From the NCBI GenBank assembly GCA_001792115.1, contig MGFX01000001.1:188694-238605 (forward strand): 49,912 nucleotides of DNA, read 5' to 3'. The notes below the pieces were generated by a model. That model did no database searches, was not told the origin of the DNA, and was given only the letters and a program-made list of their open reading frames with translations. Of this stretch, positions 18,664 to 25,056 are shown piece after piece. The DNA comes from Candidatus Woesebacteria bacterium RBG_16_42_24. GTDB lineage: Bacteria; Patescibacteriota; Microgenomatia; UBA8517. How positions within the stretch are numbered: the first letter of the stretch is position 1; the number at the start of each line of letters is the position of its first letter. A program made the translations under genes and the position numbers.

Positions 18664-20076
18664 CTAAAGCCTCGGAAAAAGTGCTGGCCCAGATTTTATT
18701 TTAGGTCCGAGAAATTGTTTTTCAATTTTTTCGGAAGTTTCCGGTAAGAAGGGCTTGAGGTTATAGCTCAAGTTTCTAATGATTGAGACTGCGCCGGTTA
18801 AGAATTTTTTAAGAGGGTTTCCTTCAAGCCTCCAAGGTTCTTCTTTGTTAATTGAAGAATCAAGTCCTGAGATGAATCTGTCAAAAAGATATTTGAGGGC
18901 TTCGTCAAAGCGATAATTTTTAATGTTTTCCTCAACCAAATCGTCAAATTTAAGAACCTTTTCTTGGGGAAATTCAAAGCCTGAATTTTCGCAGAGCTTA
19001 GCTATACGAGAAACTAAATTCCCGATACCATTTGCCAAGTGGGCGTTATATTCTTCTTTAAATTTCTCTAGCGAGATGTCTCCGTCTGAACCAAAGGGAT
19101 ATGCAGAAACTACGAGATATCTTGCCCCGTCTACTCCATATTTTTCTACCAACTTTTGTGGAGAAATGACGTTTCCCAAAGATTTTGACATCTTAGCCCC
19201 ATCAATTGTAAAGAACCCATGGGCAAATATTGTTTTTGGAAGGGGAATACCGGCTGCAATAAGAATGGCCTGCCAAATAACAGTATGAAACCAAAGGATA
19301 TCTTTTCCGACTAAATGTAAGTTGGCCGGCCAGAAGTCTTCTTTTCCCTTAAGAAATCTTGTTGCTGAGTAATAGTTGATTAGGGCGTCTACCCAGACAT
19401 AAATTGTTTGAGATTTATCCCAGGGAATAGGAATCCCCCAAGAAACTCCGGCCCTTGATATTGAAATGTCTTCCACACCTTGTTTTATTCGTGATACAAC
19501 CTCCTTTTTCTTCTCTTCCGGCAAAATTTGATATTCACCGTTTTCGATCTTTTCAAGAACTTTATGAGACAACTCTTTGAGTTTTAAGAAATAATTTTTC
19601 TCTTCCTGGTGGATAGGTTCTTTATTCGGATGAAGTGGGCATTTGCCATCTACTAACTCACTTTCGGTGAGGAATTTCTCACAGCCAACACAATACAAAC
19701 CCTTATAAGTTCCAGGGTAGACGTAGCCTGCGTCATAGATTTTTTGGATGAGATCGGTAACCACACTTTCGTGCTTGGGATCGGTTGTTCTTATAAAATA
19801 ATCGTAGTCAATATTGAGCAGTTTCCACGCTTCTTCAAATCTTGGAGCTACGGAATCAACAAATTCTTTGGGGGATAAGCCCCTTTCTTTAGCGGCTTGG
19901 GCGACTTTTTGTCCATGCTCGTCCGTTCCAGTAAGGAAAAATACATTTTCTTTCCCATTTTTTTGTCGCCAATATCTAGCTACCACGTCGGCCGCAATAG
20001 TCGTATAGGCGTGCCCTATATGGGGAACGTCGTTGACGTAATAAATTGGCGTAGTCAAGAAAAATTTGCTGGTCAT
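18664..20076 (-). CDS. metG: Methionyl-tRNA synthetase (short form)
   Basis: TTPIYYVNDVPHIGH, LTGTDEHG, YVWVDALINY, KMSKS. Confidence 0.98.
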   Translation of the reverse strand: MTSKFFLTTPIYYVNDVPHIGHAYTTIAADVVARYWRQKNGKENVFFLTGTDEHGQKVAQAAKERGLSPKEFVDSVAPRFEEAWKLLNIDYDYFIRTTDPKHESVVTDLIQKIYDAGYVYPGTYKGLYCVGCEKFLTESELVDGKCPLHPNKEPIHQEEKNYFLKLKELSHKVLEKIENGEYQILPEEKKKEVVSRIKQGVEDISISRAGVSWGIPIPWDKSQTIYVWVDALINYYSATRFLKGKEDFWPANLHLVGKDILWFHTVIWQAILIAAGIPLPKTIFAHGFFTIDGAKMSKSLGNVISPQKLVEKYGVDGARYLVVSAYPFGSDGDISLEKFKEEYNAHLANGIGNLVSRIAKLCENSGFEFPQEKVLKFDDLVEENIKNYRFDEALKYLFDRFISGLDSSINKEEPWRLEGNPLKKFLTGAVSIIRNLSYNLKPFLPETSEKIEKQFLGPKIKSGPALFPRL

Positions 20077-20101
20077 GGTTAAAGTATAGCCTCTCTTAAA
20101 T

Positions 20102-20186
20102 TAAAAAACCTCCTTACGGAGGTTAATTTCTCACTAAAAACCCTCCGCTAGGCAGTCAGCCTTTCCTTCATCGTGGAGGTTTTAGT
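20102..20186 (-). terminator. Two tandem hairpins with U-tracts after the hydrolase gene
   Basis: AACCTCC-GTAA-GGAGGTT-TTTT and CCTCC...GGAGG-GTTTTT on the minus strand. Confidence 0.6.
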
Positions 20187-20201
20187 TATCATCCGGCTAT
20201 T

Positions 20202-21092
20202 TTACCACATTGAAAGCCAGGATTTAATAAGCTTGGCCGCTTCCTTTTCTTTCTCGGAGAAGCCATGATCGGCGTCGTCTACTATTTTTATTGTTGCAAT
20301 TTTACGTCTTAGGTGTTTATCGAACCATTTAGCAATTTTAACCATAGATCTATCACGAAACTCGTCTTTCTCTGCAAGTACGACGAGAGTTGGGACTTTG
20401 ATTTTCCTAAGAGCATGGGGGCTTTTGGTTGGTTCTACATAAGTAAAAATTTCCTCTTCACTATTTGGAGTATTTAGACTTAAAAACCTTTGTGCGCTAT
20501 TTAGATCAGGCCAGACTGAGAGTGGGAGTAGTTCGTTTCCCCCACCTTTCTTTACAAGTTTGGTTGCAAAGTTTTCGGCAAGATTAATTTTTTCTTGACC
20601 ATTTGCTCTTAAGGAATCAGCGTAATCACTCATTGGAGAAAGCAAAATGACTCCTTTAACCTGCCTCTGTTTGCCCCTTTTACTTAAATAAAAAATGGAC
20701 TTCTGACTTCCAGTTGAATGCCCCATTAGAAATATCTCTTTTGCACCTTGAGTTTTAGCAAATTTGACAGCTCCCTCTATGTCAAAAACACAGTCGGAGA
20801 ATTTTTCGAGGGCCGCGCCCAGAGTTTGGGAGGAATATCCTTTCTTTTTTCTTTTATCAACTCTTTTTGTTTTCGCAACTATATCGTGTCCCCGATTATT
20901 AAACGATAAGAGCGATGTAGCACTATTTATTAAAAGAGGCGCAAGGCGGATACCCGTACCGGATAAAAAGCTGCCAGTTAGGCCGTGGATAAAAACGATT
21001 ACTCTTTTTGGTTTTTCCGGGCCGAACCAAAGTCCGTCTAGAAGAAATCTGTCAGGTGTTAATAGTTTTACTATTCTAGCTACGGGCTCCAT
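20202..21092 (-). CDS. Alpha/beta hydrolase (DUF1749-like)
   Basis: VFIHGL, GHSTGSQK nucleophile elbow, EKDE, ADHGF. Confidence 0.88.
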   Translation of the reverse strand: MEPVARIVKLLTPDRFLLDGLWFGPEKPKRVIVFIHGLTGSFLSGTGIRLAPLLINSATSLLSFNNRGHDIVAKTKRVDKRKKKGYSSQTLGAALEKFSDCVFDIEGAVKFAKTQGAKEIFLMGHSTGSQKSIFYLSKRGKQRQVKGVILLSPMSDYADSLRANGQEKINLAENFATKLVKKGGGNELLPLSVWPDLNSAQRFLSLNTPNSEEEIFTYVEPTKSPHALRKIKVPTLVVLAEKDEFRDRSMVKIAKWFDKHLRRKIATIKIVDDADHGFSEKEKEAAKLIKSWLSMW

Positions 21093-21138
21093 ACTTAATT
21101 ATCTAATAAATTTCTTTACGACGCAGACGCAAAGAGGT

Positions 21139-21489
21139 TTATTTTATAAATTTCTTTATCTTTTCCGCCCAAACACTGGCCCATTCTTCTGCCTCTAATT
21201 TTTTGAGGGCGAGGGCAAAACCGGACCTTTCCATCTGGGACTGAACTACCGCGATAGTTGCGCTTGAAACCTTAAGATTCTGCTTTATATTTTCCCAACT
21301 TCTTTCTTTTTTCAGCCAGTAGGCAATGGCTAGCCTTTTGGCAAAAGTAGTAAGTTCGGTTTGATTAAAGAAATGACCCAGGAAAGCTGTCATTTCTCCC
21401 TCGTCTTTTAAGTCAGAGATAGTTTGGGCGAGGGCTCGGACTATTTGATTCTCTAAAGAAGGATTTAGTTTTTGTCCAGATACTCTCAT
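21139..21489 (-). CDS. TrpR-like (YerC/YecD) regulator
   Basis: ELTTFAKRLAIA...SWENIKQNLKVSSATIA helix-turn-helix. Confidence 0.82.
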   Translation of the reverse strand: MRVSGQKLNPSLENQIVRALAQTISDLKDEGEMTAFLGHFFNQTELTTFAKRLAIAYWLKKERSWENIKQNLKVSSATIAVVQSQMERSGFALALKKLEAEEWASVWAEKIKKFIK

Positions 21490-21547
21490 AGTTTATTGGT
21501 TTAAATTAGTCGCAGTATAACACTTGTTATGGGCTGCGCAATAGATT

Positions 21548-21649
21548 TCGGGTTCTCGGTTATCAGAGCTCGGTTCATCGGTTTTTCGGTTTTATGATCC
21601 GATTAACTGATTATCTGATATCTGACAGCTGAACAACTGATAAGCTGAT
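21548..21649. repeat. Intergenic array of degenerate 7-8 nt units in two inverted halves
   Basis: TCGG/TCAG-core units 21548-21592 followed by CCGA/CTGA-core units 21597-21649. Confidence 0.75.
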
Positions 21650-21984
21650 TATTTTCTCAGAAAATATATCTCTAAAGCAATTAAGACTCCAATGATTAAC
21701 AAAAGATTTAGGACATTACCGACACCGAAATAACGAAGAATAAGAAATATTGTAATCGCAACCGCGAAAATTACCCCGCGTCGGGTACTAACAAAGAGGA
21801 AAGAAAAGGTAAAAAGAAGGGCCAGAAAAACCAAAATAAAAAATGCCGGAATTGCACCGAGGGCAAATGGGTCGACAAAATATATAAGGCCGGCCAAAAG
21901 CGTCCACAGAACGATTGTTATTAAGAGAGTAGGAAAGAAATTTTTTCTTAGTTTTACTTCCTTCTGGCGGGCATCCTTGCGCAT
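21649..21984 (-). CDS. Small polytopic membrane protein
   Basis: Four hydrophobic helices; start moved to ATG 21984 (TATCAT-N6-ATG), which removes the overlap with rmuC. Confidence 0.72.
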   Translation of the reverse strand: MRKDARQKEVKLRKNFFPTLLITIVLWTLLAGLIYFVDPFALGAIPAFFILVFLALLFTFSFLFVSTRRGVIFAVAITIFLILRYFGVGNVLNLLLIIGVLIALEIYFLRK

Positions 21985-22009
21985 ACTTTCATGATACAAT
22001 GTTTTACCT

Positions 22010-23008
22010 ATGGACCCGACGGCTTTATTGGTAATTGTTATCGGAGCTCTTGTTATTATCGCCATTTTTATCAATAAAAAACTTTCCGATTTGGCCGAGA
22101 AGCAAAAACCCCCAGAGGAGTTAATGGAAATTATCAAAATGCTTCAGTCCGGTTCCAAAGAGGATAGAAAGGTGCTTCTTGATTCCCTTCAAAAAAATAC
22201 ACAAAGCCTTAATGAAAGATTAGATAATGCAGCCAGGGTTATCGGACAGGTACAAAAAAATTTGGGGGAAATGAGTGAGGTAGGAAGAGGAATTAGATCT
22301 CTCCAGGAATTTTTACAATCTCCGAAATTAAGAGGAGGGTTAGGGGAGGAAGTTTTAAAAGAAATGATAGGTCAAACTTTTCCCAAAAATGCTTTTCATC
22401 TGCAGTATCCTTTTAAGTCAGGCGCAAAGGTTGACGCAGTTTTAAAGACCGAGGCGGGACTTCTTTGTATCGATTCAAAGTTTCCCATGGAGAATTTTAA
22501 CCTGATGCTTAAGGGAGAGACCGAAGCCCAAAGGAATGCCGGCAAAAAACAATTTGCCGCCGACGTTAAAAAACACATAGAAGATATCTCTAGAAAATAT
22601 ATCTTACCCGAAGAAGGAACCATGGATTTTGCTTTGATGTATATTCCGTCGGAGGCGGTTTATTATGAGGTTGTAAATATCCAGGAGCTTAGTAATTTTG
22701 CCAGAAGACTTCGTGTCTATCCTGTATCTCCAAACACTCTCTATGCGCATTTGCAGGTTTTACTTTTATCTTTTGAAGGAAAAGATTTAGAAGCAAAATC
22801 CAGAGAAGTTTTCAGAATATTAAGGGCCGTTCAAAAAGATTATTCCAAGGTTGACGAAAATCTAGGAGTTTTACAAAAGCACTTAAATAATGCCTACAAT
22901 ATAATGTCCTCTGTTATTACCTCATTCACCCAGCTCGGGCAGAAAATATCTTCGACTCAAACTCTCGGATCGGGGGTAAAAAAAGAAGCAAAGGAAATAG
23001 AAGAATGA
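22010..23008 (+). CDS. rmuC: DNA recombination protein RmuC
   Basis: KLRGGLGEEVL, IDSKFP, MDFALMYIPSEAVY, VSPNTL. Confidence 0.93.
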   Translation: MDPTALLVIVIGALVIIAIFINKKLSDLAEKQKPPEELMEIIKMLQSGSKEDRKVLLDSLQKNTQSLNERLDNAARVIGQVQKNLGEMSEVGRGIRSLQEFLQSPKLRGGLGEEVLKEMIGQTFPKNAFHLQYPFKSGAKVDAVLKTEAGLLCIDSKFPMENFNLMLKGETEAQRNAGKKQFAADVKKHIEDISRKYILPEEGTMDFALMYIPSEAVYYEVVNIQELSNFARRLRVYPVSPNTLYAHLQVLLLSFEGKDLEAKSREVFRILRAVQKDYSKVDENLGVLQKHLNNAYNIMSSVITSFTQLGQKISSTQTLGSGVKKEAKEIEE

Positions 23009-23131
23009 AGCTCTTTCGTCCTTTTGGACTCTTCAGTAAGGGCACACACCCTTAAAGAACGTGTGGAATGCATTTCATCTCGTCGGCAAGAAGATGAAAG
23101 AGGCCGGCTCCACACGGGCCGTTGGGCAAGA

Positions 23132-23587
23132 TCAGGTACGATGGAGGGCGCCGAAATCCCGCATGGTGGTGTCCCAAAACGCCTTGTTCTCCGCGAAGGC
23201 TCGAAGAATTGCCTTGTTGGAGATTACGAACAGGACTTCTCCACCATCGACTACCGGCATGTGCCGGATGTCCTTCTCCGCCATGAGTTGGAGTACCTCG
23301 GCCACGATCGAGTCGGGGATCTTAGTGTGCACCTCCCGGGTCATGACTTCGGTGATGGGCGTTCGCGCGGCACTTCGTCCGACCCGCTCACCCTTCCGGG
23401 CGTAGTCGCGCTCGGTGTAGATACCCAGAACTTGCTTGTCCTCAACAACGAGAACCGAGCCGATGTCGTGGTCGGCCATGGTGTCAAGCGCATCCAAGAC
23501 CATTGCCCGGGAATCTACGACAACCGGCGTAATCGGACCCAGCTCCTCGATCAGGTCCTTGACCCGAAACGGTGGTCTGTAATCCAT
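23132..23587 (-). CDS. Tandem CBS-domain protein (GC-rich)
   Basis: IGSVLVV, GIYTERDYARK, IRHMPVVD; AGGAGGAG SD before ATG 23587. Confidence 0.88.
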   Translation of the reverse strand: MDYRPPFRVKDLIEELGPITPVVVDSRAMVLDALDTMADHDIGSVLVVEDKQVLGIYTERDYARKGERVGRSAARTPITEVMTREVHTKIPDSIVAEVLQLMAEKDIRHMPVVDGGEVLFVISNKAILRAFAENKAFWDTTMRDFGALHRT

Positions 23588-23773
23588 CGCCACTCCTCCT
23601 TTTGCCGACAAGGTGCGATGCGTGCGCTAAGCAAATTCTAGCGTGCATCTCGTGTGGGTATTATACATTAAAAGAAATGGAATTTTTGTTAGAATTGGAC
23701 GCATATGGGCGAAAGGGTTGTGGAAGAAAAAAGATTAAACAAGGAGCATAAAAGTTTTTTACTTGAACTTTTA

Positions 23774-24091
23774 TTATAAAACCGCCAAAAGTGTATTGGT
23801 GGCAAATTCACCAATAGTTAATCCAACTTCATTGGCTTTTTCTTCTAATCTCACCTCTTCTTCTTTGGTTAATCCAACAGATATTTTTCGGTTTGTGTTA
23901 ACAAGTACCTCCCCCCTCCACTGAAAATACCCCAATCTTAAGTTGGCGTCTACGAAACCCCGGACACTGCTATGACCTATCGGGTAATCCATAATTGACT
24001 CGAGCTCCCCTCTTGAAAGCCCACCCGAGGCCAATTTGCTGCTAATATACTCATAGAGAACTATTTGGCTTCCGTTCTCGATCTCGTTCAT
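23774..24091 (-). CDS. Hypothetical DNA-binding protein (possible wHTH plus ribbon-helix-helix)
   Basis: C-terminal ISVGLTKEEEVRLEEKANEVGLTIGEF has a CopG-like pattern. Confidence 0.55.
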   Translation of the reverse strand: MNEIENGSQIVLYEYISSKLASGGLSRGELESIMDYPIGHSSVRGFVDANLRLGYFQWRGEVLVNTNRKISVGLTKEEEVRLEEKANEVGLTIGEFATNTLLAVL

Positions 24092-24423
24092 TATTCTGTC
24101 CTCACCCCCTTTCCCTTAATAAGATATTTCCTTATCGACCCACAAATAAGCTCTGAAGGTAGGAGTCCTGTCTTAAGAACAATTCTTTTTAGAATCTTTT
24201 GTTCTTCGGGATTTAGAAAGATCTTTAATTGACCGTAATTAAACGATAGTTTTTGGTCTATCCATTTAATGTCTCCAGACTTGAGTCCAGTTTCAATAAG
24301 GTCGCCCAGGGTTTTATTTGGGGAGATTTTGAGATTCCGCTTTGATATGAATTCAAAACTAGTTAGCCCATCTAAAAATATCTTTCGATTTAATTGGTTT
24401 CTTAAATTCGAAAAGATATTCAT
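24091..24423 (-). CDS. Hypothetical DNA-binding protein (possible wHTH plus ribbon-helix-helix)
   Basis: C-terminal LKIFLNPEEQKILKRIVLKTGLLPSELI has a CopG-like pattern; TAATG overlap with the next gene. Confidence 0.55.
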   Translation of the reverse strand: MNIFSNLRNQLNRKIFLDGLTSFEFISKRNLKISPNKTLGDLIETGLKSGDIKWIDQKLSFNYGQLKIFLNPEEQKILKRIVLKTGLLPSELICGSIRKYLIKGKGVRTE

Positions 24424-24547
24424 TTAATAGGATGGTACCGGTTATACTCATATGTTGATATAACACGATGGTGATAGTAATTAGCCTTTATTTGACTCTC
24501 TCCGAATAGGAAAGTTGAAAAAAACACTTGACGAAACTTAAAATTAA

Positions 24548-24563
24548 TGACAATATCTAGTCA
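24548..24563. promoter_or_regulatory. NrdR-box-like palindrome over the nrdR promoter
   Basis: TGACAATATCTAGTCA; core CAATATCTAG fits CwAtATaTwG; TTGACG at 24528. Confidence 0.6.
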
Positions 24564-25021
24564 TGTATTGCCCATTTTGCAATAGTACTCAAGTTGCTGT
24601 CGTTAACTCCAGGGCTACAAAGAAAGACTCGCAAATTTGGAGAAGGAGAAAGTGCCTTATCTGCAATGAGGTTTTTACCACATACGAAAAGATAGATTTA
24701 TCACACTTAATAATAATTAAGAAATCAGGGAGAAAAGAGAGATTTATTAGGGCAAAACTCTATGCTGGAATTTACGGCTCAACAATTGATAAGAAAAACG
24801 CAGACAAAGGAGAAATGAGTGAGCTCGCTGAAGAAGTTACTAATAAAGTAGAGCAGGATATAGTTGCCCTCAAAAGAAAAAAAATTCAATCAGTTGAAAT
24901 TACAGAAATGGTTTTAAAAATTTTAGGGAAGAGAGCCCCCGATGCACTTTTGAGATTTTTAGCCTACCGAGAGGGGGAAAATAAGAAGAGGTTAGGTAAT
25001 TTACTTGATAAATACTTCTAG
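24563..25021 (+). CDS. nrdR: Transcriptional repressor NrdR
   Basis: CPFC...NSR...RRRKCLIC..FTTYE zinc ribbon followed by ATP-cone (IIKKSGRKERF). Confidence 0.92.
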   Translation: MYCPFCNSTQVAVVNSRATKKDSQIWRRRKCLICNEVFTTYEKIDLSHLIIIKKSGRKERFIRAKLYAGIYGSTIDKKNADKGEMSELAEEVTNKVEQDIVALKRKKIQSVEITEMVLKILGKRAPDALLRFLAYREGENKKRLGNLLDKYF

Positions 25022-25056
25022 ATAAAACAGCCTTAATTATTTGTTACAATTGCTAC

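Noticed and set aside
20077-20200. T-box or SAM riboswitch upstream of metG
   Set aside because: No T-box motif or SAM core; the hairpins have U-tracts and metG has its own -10 six nt before the ATG
23024-23641. 205-aa plus-strand ORF
   Set aside because: Antisense shadow of the GC-rich CBS gene, which has family motifs and an SD
23651-23678. dif-like site (ATTTCTTTTAA-TGTATA on the minus strand)
   Set aside because: The XerD arm is absent, and the sequence is explained as the -10 of the CBS gene
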